A DNA stretch of 56,316 nucleotides from Octopus bimaculoides. Taxonomy: Eukaryota. The notes below the pieces were generated by a model, which worked only from the letters and a program-made list of their open reading frames with translations, was not told where the DNA came from and ran no database searches. Positions 38,337 through 50,580 of this stretch are shown in pieces. A program made the position numbers and the translations under genes. Numbering within the stretch: the first letter of the stretch is position 1; each line of letters opens with the position of its first letter. The stretch is taken from contig NC_068995.1 in NCBI RefSeq assembly GCF_001194135.2, positions 15,786,220 through 15,842,535 of the forward strand, given 5' to 3'.

Positions 38337-39705
38337 TGTATGTATGTATGTATGCATGCATGCATGCAAGTATGTATGTATATATATATATGCATATATA
38401 CATATATTATATATATATACATATATATATCTATATAAATACATACCTGCATACATATGGATACATACGCACATAAGCATACACATACATAAACACACAC
38501 ACAGATACAGACAGACACACATACACATATATATGTATATGTGCCTTCGTGTGCGCGCGTCTAAGGCAATACTTAAGGTTATGACTTGTAGATTAGCTGT
38601 TCGACAAATAGTGGGTGATGAATTATAAATAATGCTCTAGAAAAAATGGAGTCAAAATGGTCGATAAAACACTTGAATGAAGTGCCCCAGCATGAATGCC
38701 GTGAATGAGCTGAACCAATAGGAGAATTGTGCTCCAATCGATTGTTTGGTTAATCATTCGGTTTATTATGCTGACCTAGAGTAGGGACAGTAAGCCATTG
38801 ATGAGGTCACGAATGGTGGCAAAAGGACTTTGGTAAATACAACTGATCGATTGGTTTACCGAATAATTAATCAAACATCCAATTAGTTAATTGATTTGAT
38901 AGCTAACCAATTGACAAATAACATTAAAGATGGGAAATTGAAACAGTGTGTTTGATTATTATTGTCATAATGACTCTCTCCGGATATAACACAACTTCAG
39001 ATAATTTGAAATATACCAGAATATTTCAGAAATACAATTATTAGTTTGTTTCATGCCGCAGATTAATCACCAAAGCATATAATGGCGTTTACCAAGTTGC
39101 TGAATGACTTATAACCGCAGGTTTTCGACAGGCAACAAGTGAATTCTCAAGATTCACTACAAGTAAGTACAAAGGGTTTTTAAAAATGGCATAAACCTGT
39201 TGGAAGGTTTTTCTTAAACATTTATCAAAATGCAATGAATATGTTTTTAACTCAGAACGATGTACCCCATTTAAACAGACGAACAACATATTAATTAAAA
39301 ACGTAATAATTTTTTTGCAAATACCGTCGAGAATACAAAGATTATGTCTTGCCAACTCATTCAGATTTTGCGATACTGATACAAACCGGTTAAAATAGAA
39401 AATAAAAAAAATTGTAAGAATTTTTTTCAGGATAAAGTTTAAGTTATTACCTGGAAAACAGGTAACATTAATATTTCTAAAGTATCGTCTGACACTGATT
39501 CTTGGCATCTTTTAACTTGTGAATGTTTTCATCTGCTTGATGTCATCATTTTCGTTTTTAGTACATTGGAATATCTACTTAAGATGGTGCAATTCATACC
39601 TAATTAACTTCTTACACTAACTAAATTTCCTTGGTTTCATTTACATATAACTGATCGGTGTTTCTTACTGGTTTTAGGAAACGGATATATATATATATAT
39701 ATATA

Positions 39706-39999
39706 NNNNNNNNNNNNNNNNNNNNNNNNNNNNNNNNNNNNNNNNNNNNNNNNNNNNNNNNNNNNNNNNNNNNNNNNNNNNNNNNNNNNNNNNNNNNNNN
39801 NNNNNNNNNNNNNNNNNNNNNNNNNNNNNNNNNNNNNNNNNNNNNNNNNNNNNNNNNNNNNNNNNNNNNNNNNNNNNNNNNNNNNNNNNNNNNNNNNNNN
39901 NNNNNNNNNNNNNNNNNNNNNNNNNNNNNNNNNNNNNNNNNNNNNNNNNNNNNNNNNNNNNNNNNNNNNNNNNNNNNNNNNNNNNNNNNNNNNNNNNNN
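39706..39999. other. Assembly gap
   Basis: N-run. Confidence 1.
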
Positions 40000-40166
40000 A
40001 TACACGTATATACATAAATATAATATACAAACGTAGCACACACACAGAGGCATATATATGCGCATGTATATATATATATGCATGTGTGTGTGTGCATGCA
40101 TATTTACAAAAATGCATGTCTATAAAAGTATGTATATTTTTACATCTGTGTGTTTGTACACTCACA

Positions 40167-40220
<54 letters not shown>

Positions 40221-40899
40221 CATAAGTATATATGTGTGTGTGCATATATAAAAATGTTTATAGTTATATATGCATATAAGAAAAACAAATGTTAATGCAA
40301 TTAGCATGTTGCAGTCTTGTTATTTTCCCAGTTAGATGCAAAATAAGAATTTCCTAACGGAAATAGTCGTTTTCTTTTTTTCTGCTACATTCCAATACAG
40401 AAATAATTTCCCTTTAACCAGCAGATTCATTAGATTGTGTCTTGCGCAATGAAATAACATTTCATATGTTTTGTTTAATGCTGTAATGAGAATTTCAGGC
40501 ATCAGAAAAGTTCTTTTAAAAACGAATTTACAACTAATGATGAAATTGTATGGATTACTTATGTAGAAAACAAAAGAAAAAATACGGAAAAGAATGTCAC
40601 TATAGAAAAATATTTAAAAACTATTTAGGATATATACGTTGTCATACATACCTCCACGCAAAGGTTTCTGTTTCACTGAAAAGAAAACATTGGAAGATTA
40701 TAATTAGTATTTGCCGTGTATACATACATACATACATACATACATACATACATACATACATGATTGTTATAATGCGCAAATAATTTATTTTTTATTAGAA
40801 ACAATAACAATATGTTAAATGATTCAAGCTGATTATTTTCTTTTCAGATAAATGAAACAGGAAAAGAAAAGTTTTAAAGCAGTGTATGTCATAAGTAGA

Positions 40900-41292
40900 C
40901 TGGCTGTGTGCATTGAAAACAAAATACGTACAAATTATCACGTTCAATAAAGTGCCTTCTACTATAGCCTCGGGTCGACCCAAAGCCTTGTGACTGGATT
41001 CGGTAGATAGAAACTGAAAGAAGCCTATCGTATGTATATGTATGTATAAATCTGTGTATGTATATATCCATGTCTTTTTGTGTTTGTGTCTGTGGTTGTC
41101 ATCCCATAAACGTTTGACAACCGGTGTTGGTGTGTTTACGTCCCCGTAACCTAGGAGTTTGGCAAAGAACCGATAGAGTAAGTACAAGGCTTAAGAAAAT
41201 AAGTCCTGGGGTCGGTTTGATCGGCTAAAACCCTTCAAGGTGGTGGTCCAGCATGGCCGCAGTCAAATGACTGAACAAAGAAAAGAATAAAA
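40900..41292 (+). mobile_element. SINE family A
   Basis: ttctactatagcctcgggtcgacccaaagccttgtg...tttacgtccccgtaac...ccagcatggccgcagtcaaatgactgaac; head eroded. Confidence 0.85.
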
Positions 41293-41501
41293 GAATAAAA
41301 ACTATACATGGGTGTGTGTTTGTGTGTGTGTGTGTGTGTGAGTGTGTATGTGTGTATGTGTGTGTGTAAAATCTCCTGGAATACATTTCCGCTTTTTATT
41401 GACAATAATCTATATTCCTCTTGAATTAGGAAAGAAATTCTGAAAAATTATAAGGTTACTTCTAAAAATATCCTATAAAATGTAAACTTACAGGTAAAGA
41501 A

Positions 41502-41813
41502 AACAGTAACGACGACGAGAGTTCCAGCTGATCCGATTAACAAAAACAGCCGGCTCACGTAATTACAGTGCAAATGGCGGAGCACTCCACCAGCATGTCT
41601 ACCTTTTAACGTATCTCCAAAGGAGATTGAGAATGACATAGAATGAGACAAGGCTGGACCTTTGAAATACAGATAAAACTCATTTTTGCCAGTTAAGTGG
41701 ACTGGAACAATGTAAATATACAGTCTTCTGCTCAAGAGATGCAGCGCACCGGCGGAAATAGAACTCACAGCCACGAGCCGAATACTGTAACCACTAAGCC
41801 ACGCGCCTTCACA
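41502..41813 (-). mobile_element. SINE family D
   Basis: Head tgtgaaggcgcgtggcttagtggtt; middle shared with family E, 3' roughly 190 nt shared with family C. Confidence 0.8.
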
Positions 41814-41829
41814 GCTCAAAACGTGACTG

Positions 41830-41970
41830 TAAATATAGAATAATATAAAATAATATAAAATGATATAAAATAATAAGTAAATATAAAATAAGATAATATA
41901 AAATATAAAACAATATAAAATAATGTAAAATATAAAATAATATAAAATAATAAGGGAATATAAAATAATA
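41830..41970. repeat. AT-rich (ATAAA/ATATA)-type low-complexity array
   Basis: Repeated taatataaaa decamers. Confidence 0.9.
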
Positions 41971-42267
41971 AGGCTAGTCAGATGGAGTGCCACTCGAATG
42001 GAATTATCTGCAAATATTGTGGATTCAATTATAAGCACGCTGGAATCGGCGTGGTACCGAAACAATTGTAACTAATAACAGAAATTCGATACATTCATGT
42101 TACATATGGCAATATACTTCACTTTATCGTGCAGTTACTGTTAATACCTCATTTAGAGAATTAACATTGCTTGTTTTCACTTTTTCGATATCAGTGAATA
42201 ATTTCACTGGAAAAAGATACATAAGGTTTGCCAAGAATTATCCTTCTCATCGCAGATTGGTGGCTAT

Positions 42268-42312
42268 CGGACGCTGACGAAGGGAAATAACCCTGACACC
42301 CGGGTCCGTTCG
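42268..42312 (+). ncRNA. Minimal type I hammerhead ribozyme fold (A14C variant)
   Basis: Stem I CGGACG/CGUUCG, core CUGACGA, stem II AGGG-AAAUAA-CCCU, GAC-A, palindromic stem III ACCCGGGU, GUC cleavage triplet (C at 42306). Confidence 0.7.
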
Positions 42313-42478
42313 TGCTACAGATCACGATCAGAGGGATAACTTCTCTTGGCAAAACAAACAGGACACAGAAGTGTGTCGATAAACCAGCTGGAGGAGATGT
42401 CCTCCTGGGGCTAAAAGCAACAGTAACATCCACCCCTAGGGGTCAGCCACATTTAAGTGGCAATATACTTCACTTTAT

Positions 42479-42521
42479 NNNNNNNNNNNNNNNNNNNNNN
42501 NNNNNNNNNNNNNNNNNNNNN
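42479..42521. other. Assembly gap
   Basis: N-run directly after the second copy of the 21-bp direct repeat. Confidence 1.
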
Positions 42522-43214
42522 ATATATATATATATAAGAAAATGGTAACATATCAATTAATAAGTATTTCTATTAACTGCAAAAATAAACGTGATCTCTA
42601 ACAGCTGTTTCGATTCATACTTTAAAGATTATAATTGTAATAATTAAATCATTTTATAAAGCAGAAGTAGAAAAAAAGATATACCAGTATATTATTAGGT
42701 GTTAAGTATACGGAACATGACAGCAAACAGATTATTGTTATATGGATAAGTTTGGTATAAACCTATTAAGGGAGATATAGATTGTATACTTAGTGGGGAA
42801 AGTAAATATATATTAATATACTTTAGATGATGGTTGGAAAGTGTAGAGATATATAATAAATAGTAATTTACCATGTATTTAAGTATCATATTAATAATGA
42901 GGTAAATACATTTATAGTTTATTATTCTATAGATTAATAATAAGCAGAAGTTATTAACAGTCAAAATATTTATCCAATAGATTAAATATGTATAATAAAT
43001 ATATGTAAAAACCTAAGTAGTTATTATATGCGGAAAAAATTAAACAAATATGTAATTGTATGATTAATATATTAATATTTATGTTCATACACAAAGTACC
43101 TATGTTCAAAAAGGGTTTGATAAAACATGATAATAAATAATTGTGGATTATTAAAATATGTATTAAAAATACATACTTATTTTGGTGAGGAAGCTAACAT
43201 CCCTAAATATATTT

Positions 43215-43261
<47 letters not shown>

Positions 43262-44918
43262 AGTATATAATGCGGTATTAGCATTTCTAAATTTATGTAT
43301 GTATGTATGTATGTATTTATGTATGTATTTATGTATGTATGTATGTATGTATATCCACTTCTGCTTTTAATTATTTAAATTCTTCCTCTAAGGAAGAACC
43401 TGGTTTTTAACAAAGATACAAAGTTCTATCGATGGAATGTAGATAATGAAGGCAGTCACATTATAAACCTGGGAAAAATCTTGCATATCTTTACTGTTTC
43501 ACTTTCAGATTGTATTTGTAATGCGAGTTACATGGCTGATTTCTTTTTCTGAAAACTGTATATAATCCCATTTGTCAGCTTTATAATTAAGCACATACGC
43601 GCGCGCACACACACACACGGACACACACACATGGACACACACACACACACACATACACACACATATGTAAAATATATGCCCGTTCAAAGTAATTCAAACA
43701 GAATTAGAACGGAGAGCTTTATAGCAATCATTACAAAGAATTAGTAAAATGAGCAATTAGTGTCAAAATTTACCTTCATTCTGAAAGTTCTGCTTACTGC
43801 AATAGTAACCCTCCTCAGTACGATAGGTAGTTTCCATGACACTTGATTACATTATTGAGTTCTACGGAGTACTGTTTACTCCAAAGCCCTGTTGCTGTAG
43901 TATTTAGTTGTTTGCGCTCAAGATTATAATGTCTGTCTCTAAAGTCAAGGAGGCTTCAGAAGAGAATAGCTTTCCGTGTAAAGGTGCATTTATTATATAC
44001 AAGCAAACCAGAATAAGAACGGAGAAAAGGCCGAATTTATTTGCTTCAAACAGTATATTTCATCTTTTGTCGTTATCTTTTAAGTTCTATTTACTGAAAT
44101 TTCAATCTAGATACCACAAGAATAAAGGTACTGTTCTTTCTTTATACTGATACAATCAAAAACATTAGTGGAGGAAAAATATAATGATTGAACGCCAATT
44201 GTATCCATGAAAACAAAACATGAATTTAATAGCTAAATACTCTATGGCATTTGGAGTGATTTTTCTTCTGTTATGCCGAATCATCACTCTTTTCCTCTAT
44301 AATTATTAATTATTAGCTTAGAATTGCGTTGCTTTTTTTTATTCAAAAAATGTCAGCCGACTTGAAGTTTGTTTAATCGATTTTTGAATAGTTTTCTAGA
44401 ATCGTAACCCTTACTGGGCATGAGGAATTATATATATATAAAAAAAAAAACGCGATTTTATTTTAGAAAATCTTTAACCAACGCAACTGATAATTATATA
44501 ATGTAAAAAAATGTAAAGTTATTTCAATCCGTGCCTTAAAATATGAAGAAAATGTATTCTTTACTGACACCATATAATTTTTGGCATTTAATGAAGAGAA
44601 AAGCGTTAGGCAATATAGTTAATACCGTCAATTATAACTAATGCATTATAAACTGATCTAAACGAGGAAAGGAGTGTTGTGTTAAAACATACAATTTTCT
44701 GCATAGAAATGTTTGGTTGAGATAATATATCTATGATTCTTTTTTTATTTTTTTATAATGATAATGATATACCTCTTCACACATATTTTCTATTAATTCT
44801 TGCACTTAATATTTCAATATTGCATTTAGAGATTGCCAACAACCGAGAATTAAGCTTTGAACTAAAACAATAACATATACGTATTTATGAGAGGAAATAA
44901 ATTCATAAATTAATAATA

Positions 44919-44953
<35 letters not shown>

Positions 44954-44969
44954 AATAATAATAATAATG

Positions 44970-45034
<65 letters not shown>

Positions 45035-45036
<2 letters not shown>

Positions 45037-45571
45037 AATACCAGGCAGTGACTCTCATGGCTTCTAATCTTCATTGATTGAAAATGTATGTACATGTTTC
45101 GTCTTGGTATAAAAGATGGGCTACAACAAATATTCTGTTTAGTACTACAGATTTGCTTGTCAGTTGCTTGACCTTAAATAGTAGAGATTGTATCTTAGTG
45201 CCTCGCCATACGTGTATCTTTGATCACGAGCAGAAGTAGTTGGGAGCATCATAGCTATGTGTCGAAAGGAATTCTTTGGGGTTGGAATACTTCACCTCTG
45301 GAAGCATAGTTGTTTCGTATATCATCCTTTAACCCTTATTCAGGGACCCTTTTGAGCGGGATGGGCCACTCAACCTGAAGAAAATTCTAACTGGTCTCAC
45401 ATGAAAGGTCATGCGCTGTTTATCGTAATATGAGAACACCATATCGGGCACATATGGTTGTGATGCATGTGCCTGGTGTACCCTTATCAGACGGGTAGTC
45501 ATGATGGGTATACTGGGCTTCGTATATTTTACCCCAGTGTCACTTTGATGGCATGGACTGCTCTCTCACTC

Positions 45572-45572
<1 letters not shown>
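45035..45572 (+). mobile_element. Roughly 540-bp dispersed-repeat-like segment embedded in (TAA)n
   Basis: Higher-GC complex sequence with (TAA/TGA)n at 44911-45034 and (ATA)n at 45573-45627. I recall it as an octopod repeat (probable retroposon 3' end); not verified. Confidence 0.5.
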
Positions 45573-45627
<55 letters not shown>

Positions 45628-45824
45628 GAGTATTGTTGATGTGAGAGCGATTACCACTTAAATATTTTAATTTTTTCCCCCACATAACTTCATTTCATTT
45701 TGAAAATGAACAAACTGATGTGCTTGGTTAAATGATCAATCAGTGTACACAGCGAGTGTCCTTGCTCTAGGACTCGGAATGACACTTGGCAAGAAATGGA
45801 AACAAAATTGAAAGAAGGAAATCA

Positions 45825-45845
45825 TATAATAATAGTAATGATGAC

Positions 45846-45878
<33 letters not shown>

Positions 45879-45884
45879 CATAGC

Positions 45885-45941
<57 letters not shown>

Positions 45942-45958
45942 AATAATAATAATAATAT
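45825..45958. repeat. Compound (GAT)n(CAA)n(AAT)n microsatellite
   Basis: Direct reading. Confidence 0.95.
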
Positions 45959-45964
45959 TCATCC

Positions 45965-46320
45965 CCACTTAAAAGTGGATTTTGTGCTAGAACATACAAT
46001 ATTGTTATTTCCTTGGGGTTTGTTACGATAATGATAATTGGTAGCAACGTAATTCCTTCTTTTGAAATTACATTTGAGGAGGGGCCTTCAGTTAATAAAA
46101 TGTCGGAAGGTATTTCCATCCAGAAACGCAGAGAAAAGTCTTGAAAATGAGCAACAACATATGCACCGACCTCAAAAGTGATTCACAGAATGTGCCCGCA
46201 TTGACGGTTGTAGTTTCATGGGTAATGAGAAAATATTGTTTCGTCCTCCATACCAAATGTCCGTCAAAAATCAATAAGCATATCACCTCCGTCCATTCAC
46301 AACGAAAATGGGGGCTCTGA
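45965..46320 (-). pseudogene. Possible decayed ITIH C-terminal-domain exon
   Basis: PHF...IC...DG...Y.LI....TVNAG spacing resembles the ITIH_C start (DPHF...CF...G...L..DP...VNA); no leading D, weak match. Confidence 0.3.
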
Positions 46321-46734
46321 GGATGAGCAGTGATGATGAAAATTCACATTCACTTAGTCGCAGGTGCATGCATGTAAATATATAGAATAAATTGTAAGCT
46401 GCCAATCATCCACGAGGCTGTGATGCCATCTCCATTATTTAGAGGATGCTACTTTCATTCTTTTATGTCACTAATGTATTTACAGAAGGCATTAATGTTA
46501 CAGCATCCCGCTTATCTTGTATAGACGTTTACCCAATTTGACAAAAGTATCATTAATTTGAATTGAAATTTAATGAATATTGCATATGAAATAAAATTAC
46601 ATGTTGGGCACTATTTCGATTATACTTTGATGACAATAAATTTCCTTTGCTCAATTAACTTGAGAGAGACAAAAGCTTCATGAAATTTATTCCTTTCTTG
46701 AACAAGTGATCATAAGTAAAGTTTCCAGTCTTAC

Positions 46735-47079
46735 CTTTAAGGACAGTTCAATCGCACGATTCTTCAACTCATCTTTCTCCGTTTGGTTCCCACTGGCAGT
46801 CATTTGATCTAGAATCTGCTTGATTGTCAGATATGCCCACAGATTCTCTGGAATGCTTTTTATGTCTTCATCAGACAACAAGCTTTCTCTTTTCGCTTCA
46901 TCAGACAATTGGAGCGCTTCAGTTGTTTCTCCAATATCAACATCGCCAGAACTTGTGGTGCCAACAATATTCCATGTAATTCTCGAATCGTCTTTATCCG
47001 TCAATTTCTCAGCTATTACCGCTTCTGAACCGCTGAAATATCTGTGGAACTCATTATTGGTTAGCGTATCGTTATCAAC
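46735..47079 (-). CDS. ITIH: ITIH-like post-vWA exon, open, both splice sites intact (115 aa)
   Basis: Acceptor ttaattacAG (47081-47080), 345 nt without a stop: VDNDTLTNNEFHRYFSGSEAVIAEKLTDKDD...PENLWAYLTIKQILDQMTASGNQTEKDELKNRAIELSLK, donor AAG|GTAAGA (46734). The LWAYLTI...ALxLSLK motif is diagnostic of ITIH. Confidence 0.85.
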
Positions 47080-47639
47080 CTGTAATTAAGACAGAAATAA
47101 GTGAGTCAAAATCATAATTTGTTAATGCTGTGAGGTCGAAAACAATGGTTCCCAAAGAGATAGATACTGAAGGACAATTTAGATTGATTAAGGAGACCCT
47201 ATGATTTATGACATTTCTGAGAAGAATGTTGGCTTTATTGTTAATTCATAAAATTTTCTTTATTCTATTAGAATTGTCAGTAGTGTTTTGAGTCTCACTA
47301 TTTTAAGTAACGATATAAAATAGTGAGGAAAGGTGATAAAACCAAAGCAGATAGTGAACGAAAGGAATTTCTATGGTGAATACTAGTTTATGGGGGAAAA
47401 TCAATGAAGTCGCTAGAAATTTCATCCGCATCATCTTCAAATTCTAGGCCATAGTCTTCAAAAGGAAAGAAAGAATCAGACGAAACTTTACATCTCTGCG
47501 TACATCTTAACGCCATTGGTGAATGACAGAGGTTACAAATTTGTACAAAGTAAATCCTAAAATCTATACGGAGGTCCGTATCTTACTAAGTTTACTGTAT
47601 CCCCTCAAAAATTCCATGTAACATTTACATATATAATCT

Positions 47640-48960
47640 GGAGTCATGTTTATCTCCCTTCCTGACGTCACAGGTCTCCACAAAATACGTTTGCAAAACA
47701 AAGCTTTCACTTTCAACAATCTCCCTCTTATGCCCGCATAAACTCAAAATTTTTAATAAGACAAATCACTGGCATCTCATGCATTTCTTGCTTCAAATAT
47801 AGAAATGATTTAGGCCATTCCATTATAAACCTAACTGAAGATGCAAGATGTTTTCAACAGTGCAAACAGAAATCTCTCCTCATACGTATCATTTTAACTA
47901 ACATCAACATCAACAAAGGTTTCATTCCATTACTTGCTATCCACACATGTAAAAATACTAAACCTCATCTTTTATAACAACACAAAGCACTGGCTAGGAA
48001 ATTATTTGTCAGGCTGCCAAGACTGTATATAAGAGCAGGCATTTCCAAAATCTGTAATTTCCGGAATGGAATTTCAAAGAGAACCGTTCTATACTACACT
48101 ACTTTTGCACATCTTCCAAATGATATCAGATGTCTGATACCAAGATGACATTACACGCACACATCCTCACATTACTCTCTAAACACTGTTGTGCAACAAC
48201 TCCGGCTCTATTTAAATCATATAGAAATATGTAACCACTACATCAAACTTAAAGTAGCATCTGCCAAATCTACGGTCTCGCTGCTTACATGACACAAGAA
48301 AACAATAAATATAACCAGTCGTAACACTCCAAAACATACGCATATAACGTAAACAGAGGAAACAAATATTAGGAGTTGTGTAACATCTTACCATAACACT
48401 CACAGTACAGAAAATGATAAAGGGAAAATAAACGATGAAAAACATTCATGGAGCTGTCAGTTAATATCTTGGACCGTCAGATGAAGGCAGCAAAAATGTA
48501 CAAGTAGTACATTAAATCTATCATTGATGATGGTACCCTTATCAGGGACCAACATCTTCACCACAACAGTCCGCCAAATACACTACAACGAACGAAAAAC
48601 ATTGCACCATGAAGCATAACAGTGTGTACATAAACCATATTCATAGATCAATTACACTTTTGAACAAAAATATTAGAAACAAAATGTCACTTGAACGCGC
48701 AAGGAATATAGCTTGTTACTGCCACCACCTTCATCCATTGGAGTTATTTCTCTCCTCAAAATACCCACCAGACAAATATAGAACAAATCCTAAAATCCTA
48801 AAATCTTCAGCTTCCAATAAAGCCCAAGTAACAAGTATACACAGAATTAACTGCAAGATTATTAGATTCCCTGCCTTCAAACACTGTTGGATGTCGAAAC
48901 TTTCCTAAGGATTCAGTCACGTTGTTGCAACTCATGGAATAGCTGAAACATTAAATTTGC
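47640..48960 (+). mobile_element. Very decayed Penelope-like RT in an ITIH intron (antisense to host)
   Basis: Remnants YQDDI, NHYIKLKVASAKSTVSLL (cf. NxxHPxIKFTxExSxxSxxFLD), QHLHHNS...KNI, SKYPP; many stops. Confidence 0.5.
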
Positions 48961-49649
48961 TGTAAACCAAATACTGATAAAACTGAAACTCTCATTTACA
49001 TTCTATGAATAATTAAATGTGTAAATGTTTAAAATGTATTGCTAAGAAGATTATGAATGTTCATAGATGCAGGTGTAAAATATAGACATTTTGCTCAAAT
49101 AAATTCTCCTTCAGAAATGAATAATTTTACTATATTGTATTATATTCAATACATAGTGAACGCTTTGATTTCTAATCTTTGTTTGGTGTTTATTTTCTGG
49201 GTGTCTGCATAGTTACAGATTGAATTCGAACTGGAAAGCATTATTATTTATGTATTAAACAAGGTATTGAGTCTAGAGTAGAAATAATTATTTATGTACT
49301 AAGAATGATGAAATGTTTGTTTAGAATTTCTCTGAACTAAAACTCGGCGATAAACTAGTAATTTTCACAAACCTGGCAATCAAAAATTTAAAGTAAACTG
49401 ATACGTAAATAAATGTCACCAGGTAAAATGAAATAATAGGTGCGGTAGCTGTTATAGTTAGGAAGTGAGTGAATACTCTCACAAATCTATTCATATATAA
49501 ATATAACACCTCAAGCAAACAAATTCCCGAAATGCTGAAGGGATGCTGCAAAGAGTCACATGACTATAAAATATAATTACTGATCAACAAAGTATAACCG
49601 AAGACTATTATAAGAGAAAGATGAGATAGAGTACAAAAAAAAAAAAGAC

Positions 49650-49860
49650 TCATGAAATTGGTAAGTCAGCATATTAAAGTAGATTGGACACGAATACAAT
49701 TGCTATGGGTGACTCCAACATTGCATACGACAATGTATTGACTGTGCCAAAGATTCCTGTTGGTTTCATATGACTAGTTTTTAAAATCCTGGAAGAACAT
49801 CAATACCAATTTGATGATACTATAATAGAATTCATGAAAATAACATCATGGCTGTCAACT
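49650..49860 (-). pseudogene. Possible decayed vWA-domain exon remnant
   Basis: HMKPTG..VNTLSYAM..PIAIVF...DLPIS loosely resembles ITIH xxxGGTNINxAL...IIFLTDGxPTxG; very degenerate. Confidence 0.3.
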
Positions 49861-49974
49861 CAAGCCTGTTAGAAATATCTATTGGTCTATTACAAGTACT
49901 TGCAAATCTAGTCTTCATTGCAATCCCTACTTAAGTCATTTGCATTTTTTAAAAACCAATTTGAGATAATGATT

Positions 49975-50141
49975 TCAGATTTTGGCACAAGAACAGCAGG
50001 TTCGGGGAGGGGCTCGGCGATTAAATCGAACTTAGTACTTAACTGGTACTTATGTTATTGACCCGAAAATGATGAACGGTAAGTGCGAACTTGGTGGAAT
50101 TTGAACTCGGAACGTAAAGACGGACGAAATACCGCGAAGCA
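49975..50141 (-). mobile_element. SINE family B, partial
   Basis: tttggcacaag...aactggtacttat...ggtggaatttgaactcggaacgtaaagacggacgaaatacc. Confidence 0.8.
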
Positions 50142-50380
50142 ATTAATAAGGAATATTTTGACTGTCACATTTAAACGAACCTCAGTAGCAAAAATACTAA
50201 TTGTGCATTTTCCACATTACAAGTAGACGCCATAATATATTGCACTATGGTACTAAGTTAGAGCGTAATAGAAATAGGGACTATATCCTTATGTGATAAA
50301 CCTATTGCCGAAATGACAAATGAGTGTGAGACAAATGTGAGTACATCTTCAAAAGGGAATATAAGGGAAATTTCACTTAC

Positions 50381-50580
50381 CAATATATCACCATTGAACT
50401 GTTCACTTCGGTCTATATCATACTTAATTTCAAAGATTCCATCCAGAATTCCAATTTCTGATGGTACGTATGTAATTTCAGCTGTCTTTAATGAGGGGGG
50501 CGAAATGGTTGCATCTGGATTGGTCAATGTTAATGAATTTCGCCAAAACATTATTTTTTCCAATTATTTGATGTAATTTT
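50381..50580 (-). pseudogene. ITIH: ITIH-like exon between VIT and vWA
   Basis: NPDATISPPSLKTAEITYVPSEIGILDGIFEIKYDIDRSEQFNGDIL then canonical donor GTAAGT at 50380; probable acceptor tttttAG at 50582-50581; TAA at 50566-50564 in the homologous frame. Confidence 0.75.

Noticed and set aside
39089-39508. 139-aa minus-strand ORF
   Set aside because: AT-rich composition, no recognisable domain or splice context.
44910-46119. Poly-Y/H/N/C/D ORFs
   Set aside because: Translations of trinucleotide microsatellites with no splice or homology support.
46891-46904. CUGAUGA-AGC-GAAA on the minus strand
   Set aside because: It is the SDEAKR codons of the ITIH exon; no stems II or III.
47520-47570. YKFVTSV as a duplicated YxFVTPLTSM exon
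   Set aside because: Lies upstream of the LSLK exon, has no AG acceptor, and fits a decayed vWA segment or chance equally well.
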